Position numbers and translations under genes: made by a program | The notes under the pieces: model-generated | What the model was told of the DNA's origin: nothing | Seen by the model: the letters and a program-made list of their open reading frames with translations, nothing else | Databases searched by the model: none | In this document: piece by piece, positions 34,793 through 44,190 of the stretch | How the letters are laid out: each line of letters starts with the position of its first letter | Numbering within the stretch: position 1 is the stretch's first letter | Origin: an uncultured Candidatus Actinomarina sp. | GTDB lineage: Bacteria > Actinomycetota > Acidimicrobiia > Actinomarinales > Actinomarinaceae | NCBI GenBank assembly: GCA_902535055.1 | Contig: CACASI010000003.1 | Coordinates: 65,336 to 129,335 of the forward strand | Length of the DNA stretch: 64,000 nucleotides | Reading direction: 5' to 3'

Positions 34793-36551
34793 AGGTTAGC
34801 TCTACTACCCCTTCTGGTTCAAGAAATTCTCCTTTACGCGGCAACTGCTTTCTAACCAATCCATTAGTATCACCACTTACAGTTGCTACAAGTCCTGCTT
34901 CCTCTATTGCATCAACCGCAGCTTGATAATTCAAACCTTCAACTTCTGGAACCTCAATTTTTATACCTAGTGACACAATAAGAGTAATTAACTCATCAGG
35001 AGTGACAATCTCTCCAGCTTCCGGTACCGTCCCAGAAACGAGCCCTTCTTCAGTGTCTTCAGAAAATTCCTCAATTGTTTCAAATTCTAAACCCAGCGTT
35101 TCTAGAATTTGAGTGGCATCTTCCAGTGATTTTTTAGAGAGATCTCCAAGCTCAATCAGGCTAGGGCCCGATGAAATTACGAGATCAACACTAGATCCGG
35201 GACCCATTTTTTTTCCAGCCATTGGATTTTGTGAAATTATAAAACCAATAGGAACGTTGTCATCGTTTACTTCTATTCTCTGGCCAATTGTAAAACCACT
35301 TTCTTCTATGACGTACACAGCTCTATCGGTTTCTAAATCTACCACATAAGGTATTGGATATGCTTCTGGTCCAACGGAAACAATTATTGTTACTAATGTA
35401 TCAGGATTAGTTGATGTATTCGCTGGAGGCTGTGTTCTTATAACAGCTCCAGAAGGGACCTCTGGATGAGCTGAATTCTCAATTCCAACTTTAAATCCTA
35501 AACTTTGAAGATCATTTAGAGCCTCAGTTTGGCTACTCCCAGTCAAATCTGGAACGTTAATAATTACCTGGGTACCTCCATCTACAGGCAATCCATCAAA
35601 AATTCGAGTTAGCGTCCACACGGTTCCTGTAACTATTGTTAAAGAGATTATCAGTGCTGGTAAGGTAAACCTATATTTTATTTTTGGACTCGTTAGATCA
35701 ACTAGATTTTCTTGTGTTTGCATTGCCTGAAGCTGTGTTTTTTGCTGAAGGAGAACCGCTCTTAAATCCTCTGCATTTTTAAATCTATCTTTTGGATATT
35801 TATGAAGCAATTTCAATACTGCATTTTCAATACCTTTAGGAATGTCAGGTCTGAAGACACTTAACTTTTCAGGTTTGTCAGTAATATGCTTTGTTGCTGT
35901 TGCAATTGGTGTATCACCTTCAAAAGGGGGTCTGCCTGTAATAAGTTCATATAAAACAGTCCCTAAAGAATATAAGTCGGATTCTTTAGATACAGGTTTA
36001 CCCTGCGCCTGTTCTGGGGATATATAGCTCGCGGTTCCAAGAATAGATCCAGTTTTTGTAATATCGTTTTCTTCATTTTGAAGAGAAACAATACCAAAAT
36101 CAGTAACTTTTACTTTTCCTTCTGGAGTGATCATTATATTTCCTGGTTTTATATCTCTATGAACCAGCCCTTTTGAATGGGCTGCTTGTAAACCACTTGA
36201 AACTTGAGCTCCAATAAAAAGGACATCATTTAAACTTATGGTTCTTCTTTTAGCAATTATGGACGTAAGTGTATTCCCTTCAATATATTCCATTACAAAA
36301 AAAGGCTCATCACCTATTCCCCAATCAAAAATTTGAACGATGTTTGGGTGGTTTAAGTTTGCAGCTGTTTGAGCTTCTCTTTTAAATCTTTCAACAAACT
36401 TCTCCTGCTGAACATAATTCGGTTTAAGTGTCTTTATTGCAACAGTTCTTTTTAATTGTCTATCATTTGCTTTGTAAACATAGGACATACCACCTTCCCC
36501 TAGAAGTTGAATAATCTCGTATCTTTCTTTTATTATTTGTCCTATTTCCAT
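34782..36551 (-). CDS. pknB: Ser/Thr protein kinase with extracellular PASTA repeats
   Basis: It has VAIK, HRDIKPGN, DFG and SPEQ, then a single TM helix and repeated PASTA-like modules. Confidence 0.9.
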   Translation of the reverse strand: MEIGQIIKERYEIIQLLGEGGMSYVYKANDRQLKRTVAIKTLKPNYVQQEKFVERFKREAQTAANLNHPNIVQIFDWGIGDEPFFVMEYIEGNTLTSIIAKRRTISLNDVLFIGAQVSSGLQAAHSKGLVHRDIKPGNIMITPEGKVKVTDFGIVSLQNEENDITKTGSILGTASYISPEQAQGKPVSKESDLYSLGTVLYELITGRPPFEGDTPIATATKHITDKPEKLSVFRPDIPKGIENAVLKLLHKYPKDRFKNAEDLRAVLLQQKTQLQAMQTQENLVDLTSPKIKYRFTLPALIISLTIVTGTVWTLTRIFDGLPVDGGTQVIINVPDLTGSSQTEALNDLQSLGFKVGIENSAHPEVPSGAVIRTQPPANTSTNPDTLVTIIVSVGPEAYPIPYVVDLETDRAVYVIEESGFTIGQRIEVNDDNVPIGFIISQNPMAGKKMGPGSSVDLVISSGPSLIELGDLSKKSLEDATQILETLGLEFETIEEFSEDTEEGLVSGTVPEAGEIVTPDELITLIVSLGIKIEVPEVEGLNYQAAVDAIEEAGLVATVSGDTNGLVRKQLPRKGEFLEPEGVVELTFDE

Positions 36552-36554
36552 AAT

Positions 36555-37208
36555 CTAAACTACATTAATTACAATTGCTGACACATTGTCTTTAGGATTC
36601 AACAACAACACTTCACTAACAAAGGTATCAGCACTTATCCCATCTTGCATTTTTTTCTTTATGTATTCTTCACCAACTTCATTGTAAAGGCCATCACTAC
36701 ATAGAAACACAACATCGCCAATCTGCAATCGAAAATCTACTTCTTGTATATTAAGTTTTTCATTTGATCCAAGTGCCTGTTTTAATACATTTTGATAACC
36801 CGGCACATTTTGATCTTCTGTAACCTTGATCAAATTTCTATCTGACAATACATAGCATCTACTATCACCAACGTGACCAATTTTCATTAGTGCATCGCTA
36901 TCTATAGATATTGCAGTCATTGTCGTTCCCATTCCAAGAGATGATGGATTTTTATCTTGATATTCTAAAATATTTTTATTTGCTTCAGTAATTATTTGAT
37001 TTAAATCTGAAATTTCTTTTAGAAGAGTGTCGGCAGCGATCTTACTCGCAACATCGCCATTGACATGACCACCAAGACCATCACAAACTGCTGCTTTAAA
37101 AGGTGGCTTTGAACTCCCAGAAATAGCTGGAAATATTGTATCTTCATTTTTTTTTCTATTAGGTCCACATTCACTTCTTGCAGACCAAACAATTTTAAAA
37201 TCTTTCAT
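36555..37208 (-). CDS. pstP: PP2C-family Ser/Thr phosphatase (soluble form)
   Basis: It has ..NEDT.., VCDGLGGH, GTTMTA, DGLYN and D..S. It sits immediately upstream of pknB. There is no TM or extracellular segment. Confidence 0.85.
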   Translation of the reverse strand: MKDFKIVWSARSECGPNRKKNEDTIFPAISGSSKPPFKAAVCDGLGGHVNGDVASKIAADTLLKEISDLNQIITEANKNILEYQDKNPSSLGMGTTMTAISIDSDALMKIGHVGDSRCYVLSDRNLIKVTEDQNVPGYQNVLKQALGSNEKLNIQEVDFRLQIGDVVFLCSDGLYNEVGEEYIKKKMQDGISADTFVSEVLLLNPKDNVSAIVINVV

Positions 37209-37290
37209 TCACCAATAATCTTAGTTGTGAAATGTAATTGTATTTCTAGACTATATAAAGAACAAGAATTAAAAAAACATTGAGAACTGT

Positions 37291-38268
37291 ATGAATATAA
37301 CACGGTATTTTATTGTAATAATAGTAAGCATTGGAATTGGATTTTTTGGATTACGTTTTTATGATAATTTTTCTGAATCTTCGGACCTAAATACTTTTCT
37401 CGAAGAAGCTTACGTAATTTCAACCCTTCACAATGAAGCATCAAAAGATTATCAAAGGTTAATCGATTTTGATGAGCTAAATAGAGATGAATTTGAATCA
37501 ACGTTCATTGAGATCATTAGAAATGCTCAGGAAGCAAACAATATTTTAATTAATACTGAGAGTCAATATAAAGGTAGCGAAAAAGAACTTTTAGAGATAG
37601 CAATTACATCTTGGCTTAAAGGATTGGAAACATTTCAAGTTTCAATATTAAATTTAGTCGACCAAGAATATACTCAAGTATTAGAAGAATCCATTGCTGA
37701 AAGTATCTCAAGCTTATCAGTTGGAGATAAAGCTTATATTAATTTTTTGATTGAAATAAATAGTAAATCAGAAACCGAGAATATTTTTTTGCCTGATTTT
37801 TTTAATATTGAGTACACAGGGATTGAATCAAATGCCTATCAATTTGCTGAAGTAATTGTAGACAAAGCCTTGGAAAATAAAAGTGGCTTGTTTCTAAAAA
37901 GAGATATTTCAATAACGGGTGTTGAGTTTGTTCCCGAATCAATTGCAACCACAGAAGAGGGATACAAGGTCTTACTAGACAAAGAGGTTTCACTACAGTT
38001 AGTGATCGCTAATGAAGGAAATGTTGAAGAAACGGAAGTCCTAATTCTGATTTTAGTAACAGATGAATTTGGTGAAACGATACTTGAGAAAAGAACAAAA
38101 TTAAATACCATCGGATCATTTGAGAGTAAAAGCTACTACACAGAACCGCTAAAAATTGAAAAAGGAATTGTCTATGAGTGGTTTATACTTGTCGAAGAAA
38201 CAGAAAATGAAGAAGATTTTGAAGATAACATATATTCAGTCAAAGCATTCATACCTCCAGAGGATTAG
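37291..38268 (+). CDS. Hypothetical membrane-anchored protein
   Basis: It has an N-terminal TM helix and an acidic extracytoplasmic region. I recognised no family. Confidence 0.5.
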   Translation: MNITRYFIVIIVSIGIGFFGLRFYDNFSESSDLNTFLEEAYVISTLHNEASKDYQRLIDFDELNRDEFESTFIEIIRNAQEANNILINTESQYKGSEKELLEIAITSWLKGLETFQVSILNLVDQEYTQVLEESIAESISSLSVGDKAYINFLIEINSKSETENIFLPDFFNIEYTGIESNAYQFAEVIVDKALENKSGLFLKRDISITGVEFVPESIATTEEGYKVLLDKEVSLQLVIANEGNVEETEVLILILVTDEFGETILEKRTKLNTIGSFESKSYYTEPLKIEKGIVYEWFILVEETENEEDFEDNIYSVKAFIPPED

Positions 38269-38271
38269 TAA

Positions 38272-39522
38272 ATGATTGATCCCCAACTTTTAAAAACAAA
38301 TATCGAAGCAATCGAAGAAAATATAAGAAAAAGAGACCTTAATATTGATTTAGATAAATTAAAACTTCTTGATGAAAGTAGAAGAGCTTTAAAGTTTGAA
38401 TCTGAAAAGCTACGAGCCGAACAAAAAAAATTGGGCAAGGAAATTGCATCAGCATCCGAAAAAGAAAAAGCTACCCTCTTAGAAAAAGCGGAGAAGATTA
38501 GTAATAATGTAAAAAGTCTTTTAGAAGAAACACAGCAAAAAGACGAAGAATTTTTTGATGGATGGATAAAAATTCCCAACATAGTCAACTCTTCTTCACC
38601 AGTGGGTAAAACTGATGAAGACAATAAAGAAATAAAGAAGGTTGGAGAACCAAATAACATCAAAAATCCGATGACACACCTAGAAATAGGTGAAAAACTT
38701 GGATTAATAGATGTTGAAAGGGCTTCTAAAATATCAGGTTCAAGATTTTCTTATTTATTTGGAGATTTAGTAAAAATCCAATTTAATTTAGTTTCGTATA
38801 CATTAAACAAATTATCAGAAAAAGGCTTTAACCCGACAATTCCTCCAGTTTTAGTTCGTGAAAATGCCTTATTTGGAACAGGGTTTTTTCCTGATGACTC
38901 TGATCAAGTTTATGAAGTTCAAAATGATGACCTATTTTTGGTTGGCACATCAGAAGTTTCATTAGCTGCACTACATACTGATGAAATCATAGACATGAAG
39001 AACTTACCATTAAGATATGCTGGTTATTCAACTTGTTTCAGAAGAGAGGCAGGAACTTATGGCAAAGACACGAGTGGTATTTTTCGAGTTCATCAATTTG
39101 ATAAAGTTGAGATGTTCTCCTTTTGTGATCCAGAAAAATCAAATGAAGAACATGAATACATTCTCACAATTGAAGAAGAAATACTCCAAGATCTTGAAAT
39201 TCCTTACAGAGTTGTTGATGTTTGTACAGGAGACTTAGGAGCTTCTGCAGCAAAAAAATATGACATCGAGGCATGGATACCAAGTCAACAAAAGTACAGA
39301 GAGGTAACCTCTTGTTCCAATACAACCGATTTTCAAGCAAGAAGACTGAATATGAGAACAAAAATTGATGATGGAAATATTATATTGCATACTCTTAACG
39401 GTACAGCTTTAGCAGTAGGAAGAATCTTAATTGCCTTACTTGAGAACAATCAGCAATCCGACGGAAGCGTAACGTTCTCTGATGATTTAGGAAAGATACT
39501 TGGAGTAAATAAATTAAGCTAG
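38272..39522 (+). CDS. serS: Seryl-tRNA synthetase
   Basis: It has an N-terminal coiled-coil arm and class II motifs (..FRREAG.., ..GRILIALLEN..). Confidence 0.95.
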   Translation: MIDPQLLKTNIEAIEENIRKRDLNIDLDKLKLLDESRRALKFESEKLRAEQKKLGKEIASASEKEKATLLEKAEKISNNVKSLLEETQQKDEEFFDGWIKIPNIVNSSSPVGKTDEDNKEIKKVGEPNNIKNPMTHLEIGEKLGLIDVERASKISGSRFSYLFGDLVKIQFNLVSYTLNKLSEKGFNPTIPPVLVRENALFGTGFFPDDSDQVYEVQNDDLFLVGTSEVSLAALHTDEIIDMKNLPLRYAGYSTCFRREAGTYGKDTSGIFRVHQFDKVEMFSFCDPEKSNEEHEYILTIEEEILQDLEIPYRVVDVCTGDLGASAAKKYDIEAWIPSQQKYREVTSCSNTTDFQARRLNMRTKIDDGNIILHTLNGTALAVGRILIALLENNQQSDGSVTFSDDLGKILGVNKLS

Positions 39523-40065
39523 GAATAAACTTGCAACCATACTTAATGCAAGAATCACATAAACAATTCTTTCTAATTTTTGATTACCTATAAGAAAATT
39601 TTGAAGACTTTCTCCAAGAAAAAGCCAAGTTATTACGCAAGGTCCACCTACCAGTAAATAAATGAGATTAGCTTGTAAATGAGGTATCTGAAAAGCAGTC
39701 AAGCCTGATACTGCCATAACGACTCCTTTCGGATTAACCCACTGAAACAATGCAGCTTGTAGAAAAGTGAATGGTTTATCTTCATCGCTACCTTCTTTTA
39801 TCGTGGTTTTAGTTATTGCAACTCTATAAGCAATATATAAAATCACTATGTAGCCTGCATATTGTAGGTATTGAAAAATTATCTCTGGAACGTATGAAAG
39901 TAAATTACCTCCTAAGAAGAATAAAAAATTGAAACCTAACCAAATACCAAAAAAATGAGGTAGTGATTTTTTCCTTCCAAATCTTATTCCAGAAGCCATT
40001 AGCATTGAATTATTAGGCCCAGGAGTAATAGAAGTTACAAATGCAAAAATACCAAATTCAACCAT
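39514..40065 (-). CDS. LysE/RhtB-family amino-acid exporter
   Basis: The N-terminal motif is ..TPGPNN.., with about six helices across 183 aa. Confidence 0.8.
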   Translation of the reverse strand: MVEFGIFAFVTSITPGPNNSMLMASGIRFGRKKSLPHFFGIWLGFNFLFFLGGNLLSYVPEIIFQYLQYAGYIVILYIAYRVAITKTTIKEGSDEDKPFTFLQAALFQWVNPKGVVMAVSGLTAFQIPHLQANLIYLLVGGPCVITWLFLGESLQNFLIGNQKLERIVYVILALSMVASLFLA

Positions 40066-40111
40066 CAGAATATTTTAGGTTTATTTATGCTTTATAGAAG
40101 AGAATTTAAAG

Positions 40112-40200
40112 CGGAGGGAGTGGGATTCGAACCCACGGAGCCTTTAAAGACTCACGACATTTCGAGTGTCGCGCACTAGGCCGGACTATGCGATCCCTCC
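40112..40200 (-). tRNA. tRNA-Ser (CGA)
   Basis: The minus strand reads GGAGGGA..anticodon stem CGACA/UGUCG, loop CU-CGA-AA, long variable arm, ..GGUUCGAAUCC..UCCCUCC-G. Confidence 0.9.
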
Positions 40201-40218
40201 TAGAATAAGTTTAGGGAA

Positions 40219-40677
40219 ATGAATTATAAATCTGACATAGAAAAAATGGAAGTAGCCCTACAAGAAGCAAAAAGGGCTCTTGAAATAGATGAAGTTCCTA
40301 TTGGTGCGGCCATTTTCGACGCAGAGGATAAGTTAATCACAAAAGCTCACAACAGAAGAGAAGTAGACCAAGATCCAACCGCGCATGCTGAAATTCTTGT
40401 AATAAAAGAGGCATCTAAAATTTTAAAAACCTGGAGACTTGAAGGAACCACCCTTGCAATAACATTGGAACCAGATCCAATGTGTGCGGGCGCTATTGTA
40501 AATGCAAGAATAAAGACCCTTTTATATAGTTCCCCTAATTTAAAGTCAGGAGCTGCATACACCTTATATAATATTCCTCAAGATAAAAGGCTAAATCACT
40601 TTGTTGAGATAAGAGATAATATTTTGTCCCATGAATCTGAAGTTATATTATCCTCTTTCTTTGAAAGTAAGAGATAA
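40219..40677 (+). CDS. tadA: tRNA adenosine(34) deaminase
   Basis: It has the CDA fold with the HAE motif (DPTAHAEIL) and TLEPDPMCAGA. The first Cys of the usual PCxxC is Asp here. Confidence 0.85.
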   Translation: MNYKSDIEKMEVALQEAKRALEIDEVPIGAAIFDAEDKLITKAHNRREVDQDPTAHAEILVIKEASKILKTWRLEGTTLAITLEPDPMCAGAIVNARIKTLLYSSPNLKSGAAYTLYNIPQDKRLNHFVEIRDNILSHESEVILSSFFESKR

Positions 40678-40705
40678 GTAAACTTATACTTTAGATCTTT
40701 TACAT

Positions 40706-40794
40706 GGAGGGATCGCATAGTCTGGCCTAGTGCGCACGCTTGGAAAGCGTGTAAGGGTTTATCCCCTTCGAGGGTTCGAATCCCTCTCCCTCCG
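40706..40794 (+). tRNA. tRNA-Ser (GGA)
   Basis: It reads GGAGGGA..stem CACGC/GCGUG, loop UU-GGA-AA, long variable arm, GGUUCGAAUCC, UCCCUCC-G. Confidence 0.9.
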
Positions 40795-40813
40795 CACAAA
40801 AGATTTTAAATTT

Positions 40814-40899
40814 GGAGGGATGGCCGAGCGGACGAAGGCGTTAGTCTTGAAAACTAATGTATGTATTCCATACCGTGGGTTCGAATCCCACTCCCTCCG
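40814..40899 (+). tRNA. tRNA-Ser (UGA)
   Basis: It reads GGAGGGA..stem UUAGU/ACUAA, loop CU-UGA-AA, long variable arm, GGUUCGAAUCC, UCCCUCC-G. Confidence 0.9.
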
Positions 40900-40906
40900 C
40901 ATGCTT

Positions 40907-40998
<92 letters not shown>

Positions 40999-40999
40999 A

Positions 41000-41073
<74 letters not shown>

Positions 41074-41100
41074 CAAATATGTCTTTTTTATTTGGTATTT

Positions 41101-41760
41101 TTAATAATTCCAAAGAGGTTCAGTTAGATTCCAATCTGGTGACTCACCCCATTTATTTAAATAAGTGACTTCTTCAACCGGCTTTCTTTCAGCAACACCC
41201 CATTTTCCAAGTGGATAACCTGCAGTTATTGTTGCATTTAATGTCCATCCTTTATCGGTTGGAATCCCAAGAACTTCATATACGTCATCTGTTTTAAAAC
41301 TCATAACTGTGGTAAGGCAAGTCCCAATACCATGTCCTCTAGCAGCAAGCATTAAATTCCAAATAGCCGGATAAATTGACGATCCAGTTGGATCATTCCT
41401 AGAAAAGGCAAGTACTAATAAAGGTACTTTATGATAGTTTTCTGCCAACCAACTTGCCGAATTACTTATCCTTTTTACTGATTCAATTTGATCTTTATCT
41501 TTCAAGTTTGATGCACCTAAATCCTCTGAATTGTTGTAAAAAGATTTCACATAATAATCCCAAGTCTCTTTATAAATGTCAGAAAGTTTTTCACGTACTT
41601 CTTTATCAGTTACAACAACAAATTTCCAATCCTGACGATTTGAACCACTTGGTGCACGAATTGCTGAATCAATTATGGACTTAATAACATCCTCAGGTAT
41701 TGGATCTTCTTTTACTCTTCTCATAGCCCTTGTTGTATACAAAGCTTCAAATACATCCAT
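41101..41760 (-). CDS. Nitroreductase-family protein
   Basis: The N-terminal motif is ..TTRAMRRVKEDPIP..AIRAPSGSNRQDWKF. Confidence 0.8.
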   Translation of the reverse strand: MDVFEALYTTRAMRRVKEDPIPEDVIKSIIDSAIRAPSGSNRQDWKFVVVTDKEVREKLSDIYKETWDYYVKSFYNNSEDLGASNLKDKDQIESVKRISNSASWLAENYHKVPLLVLAFSRNDPTGSSIYPAIWNLMLAARGHGIGTCLTTVMSFKTDDVYEVLGIPTDKGWTLNATITAGYPLGKWGVAERKPVEEVTYLNKWGESPDWNLTEPLWNY

Positions 41761-41786
41761 GGAAATATCTTACTAAGATTATTTAT

Positions 41787-42596
41787 ATGGAAGATAAATT
41801 AATAAAAGAAATTAAAGATGATGTTGCTTATATTTGGATTAACAGACCGGATAAAAAAAATGCATTAGATTTTGATGTATGGTTTGGCATTCCTGACTTA
41901 ATAGAAGAGATAGTAGATAAAGAAGAAGCAAGGTGTATTTTGCTGGCAGGTAAGGGAGATGCATTTTCTGCAGGCATTGACATAACAGTATTAATGCAAG
42001 ACATGCATTTAAACGAGAATCTATCTTCTACCGCAAGTGACAGAAGAGAAACAATGAAACAAATAGAGGACCTACAAAATGCATTTACCAGAATTGCAAA
42101 TTCTCCAATACCAACAATTGCATTAGCCCATGGTTTTTGTATCGGTGGAGCTACGAGTATGGTCTCCGCTTGCGACATTCGACTTTCAACTCGAGACGCA
42201 GTTTTTTCTATAGGTGAAACAAAACTTGGACTTGTTGCAGATGTTGGAATCTTACAAAGGATGCCAAAAATTGTTTCAAAAGGAGATTTAAGAGAGCTAG
42301 CTTTCACAGGTAGAAAGTTTGATGGAGTACACGCGGAAAAAATAAGATTTGTAAGCAATACATATGAAAATGTTGAAGAACTCCACAAAGCCGGGTTGGA
42401 GATGGCTAAAGAGATTGCTTCAAATTCAAAAAATATAGTTCAGGGTACAAAAGAAATTTTACATAAAGGAGAAGACCTAACAACCGATCAAGCACTTGAT
42501 TTTGTTAGATTGTGGAACACATCCTATCTTATTTCTGACGACCTTAAAGAAGGTGTATTGGCATTTCTTGAAAAAAGAGACCCTGATTTTAATTAA
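41787..42596 (+). CDS. Enoyl-CoA hydratase/isomerase (crotonase) family
   Basis: The start is taken at ATG 41787 (MEDKLIKEIKDDVAYIWINRPDKKNAL). The oxyanion motifs are GKGDAFSAGIDI and ..GFCIGGA. Confidence 0.85.
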   Translation: MEDKLIKEIKDDVAYIWINRPDKKNALDFDVWFGIPDLIEEIVDKEEARCILLAGKGDAFSAGIDITVLMQDMHLNENLSSTASDRRETMKQIEDLQNAFTRIANSPIPTIALAHGFCIGGATSMVSACDIRLSTRDAVFSIGETKLGLVADVGILQRMPKIVSKGDLRELAFTGRKFDGVHAEKIRFVSNTYENVEELHKAGLEMAKEIASNSKNIVQGTKEILHKGEDLTTDQALDFVRLWNTSYLISDDLKEGVLAFLEKRDPDFN

Positions 42597-43569
42597 TTTT
42601 TCCAAAAGTTGAGATTGCGAACCTATCAGTCATCCCAGCAACATAATCAATAGAATTTTCAATATCATCTTCACTTTGTATATAATTTTTTGGTAGTTCA
42701 TTTTTATTTTCCATAAAATATTCGACAAGCGTTTGTACAATATTTTTACATTCTTTTCTTTGATCGTTAGTTTCTTTTCTCAGATAAACATTTTCGAACA
42801 TAAACTCTCTTAATTCATTCATAATTTCTCCAATTTCAGAATCCATTATTAGTTCGTTACTATTTGAAGCTTTAAATATTCCAGAAATCAAACTATTGAT
42901 CCATTGCTTTCCAGGGGTACCAAGTTCCTTAGTAATTTTGTTTGGAATATCACTAATTTTGATTACATTTGCCCTTAATGCGTCCTCAACATCATGAGAT
43001 AAGTAGGCAATCCTGTCTGCAAACCTACAAATCATTCCTTCTTGCGTGGAAGGCTTTTCAGTATATCTCCAAGGATGTTTTTCAATGCCATCAATAGTTT
43101 CAACACTAAGATTAAGGTTTTCAATTTTGCTAAAAATTTTAACTGAGTTTTCAGAATGACTCCAGCCATTAGGATGCATTTCATTAAGTATTTCTTCTCC
43201 AGTATGACCAAAAGGTGAATGACCCACATCATGACCTAGACATATAGCTTCAGTCAAATCTGGATTTAGCCCAAGGGTTTTTGAAATAGATCTTCCAACT
43301 TGAGTTACATTTAATGTATGAGTCATCCTTGTAATAAAATGGTCACCATCAGGGTTTATAAACACTTGAGTCTTATGCTTCAACCTTCTAAATGCTTTTG
43401 AATGAATTATTCGATCTCTATCTCTTTCAAAAATAGTTCTAAACTCGTCATGCTCCTCATGACTTAATCTACCTTTGGAATTTTCAGAAAGCATTGCATT
43501 GGAAGATAAAGTTATTCTTTCGTTAGTTTCTCGCCATTTTCTGTCTCTAAGAATGAAGGAATCGTTCAT
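42589..43569 (-). CDS. dGTPase-like HD-domain triphosphohydrolase
   Basis: It has ..FRRLKHKTQVF.., ..RMTHTLNVTQVGR.. and ..GHDVGHSPFGHTGE.. Confidence 0.8.
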   Translation of the reverse strand: MNDSFILRDRKWRETNERITLSSNAMLSENSKGRLSHEEHDEFRTIFERDRDRIIHSKAFRRLKHKTQVFINPDGDHFITRMTHTLNVTQVGRSISKTLGLNPDLTEAICLGHDVGHSPFGHTGEEILNEMHPNGWSHSENSVKIFSKIENLNLSVETIDGIEKHPWRYTEKPSTQEGMICRFADRIAYLSHDVEDALRANVIKISDIPNKITKELGTPGKQWINSLISGIFKASNSNELIMDSEIGEIMNELREFMFENVYLRKETNDQRKECKNIVQTLVEYFMENKNELPKNYIQSEDDIENSIDYVAGMTDRFAISTFGKIN

Positions 43570-43585
43570 GATTGTAGATTAATTG

Positions 43586-44131
43586 TTAAAGAGAATTTAA
43601 TAAAGGAATTAAATCTTTCCATTCATTCAAATCAAGAGCACCTGTTACCGGATCGTTGTATTCTCTTACAAATCTAATAATAACTTTATTATTTAAATTT
43701 TTAACATAATTATCGAGCTGATACGGCGCATCATCAATGTAAACATCGCAATCAATTTTCCACTTATCCTCAATGAAATGTATTTCTTTTGTCGGAATTT
43801 TTTTTTCACCTAGCCACATCAATGTATCATGAATTGACCACCATGGCTTTGAGGATATGATAACTATTTCATGCCCCATCTTCGATAAGTCATATAGAAC
43901 CTCTAGTGAATCTTCGTAAATATCTAAATTTCTAAAAATTGACGAACCGTTTATATCTTTTGCCCATTTCCAAAAATCTATCTCTTCTTCAAAATGAGTG
44001 AGTGGTTTTGATAAGCCCCATTCGGTAATGTCTTTTTCAAGAATTTTTTTCCCAAACTCAGCTTCATACTGTGTCGTCCAACCTTTGGTGAAGTTTGCAA
44101 CAACACCGTCTAAATCTACTCCAATTCTCAT
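43586..44131 (-). CDS. HAD-family 5'(3')-deoxyribonucleotidase-like protein
   Basis: It has the DxDxV motif in MRIGVDLDGVVANF and resembles the NT5C-type small HAD proteins. Confidence 0.55.
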   Translation of the reverse strand: MRIGVDLDGVVANFTKGWTTQYEAEFGKKILEKDITEWGLSKPLTHFEEEIDFWKWAKDINGSSIFRNLDIYEDSLEVLYDLSKMGHEIVIISSKPWWSIHDTLMWLGEKKIPTKEIHFIEDKWKIDCDVYIDDAPYQLDNYVKNLNNKVIIRFVREYNDPVTGALDLNEWKDLIPLLNSL

Positions 44132-44190
44132 TTGACTAAGTTTAATTCTTCAGTGCACTATAGATGTGTAAGCTATTAGCATTTAGTAAT

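Noticed and set aside
38265-38663. A 132-aa minus-strand ORF opposite the start of serS.
   Set aside because: It lies entirely antisense to a well-supported serS coding region. Its composition is low-complexity Ser/Leu/Phe-rich, typical of the antisense frame of an AT-rich, Lys/Glu-rich gene.
42589-44131. The dGTPase-like HD hydrolase plus deoxyribonucleotidase (and dcd at 51977-52543), considered as a dNTP-depletion anti-phage defence module.
   Set aside because: Their sizes and motifs match the housekeeping forms. They sit among core genes (dnaX, murJ, ask-asd). No other defence genes, mobile elements or compositional shift surround them.
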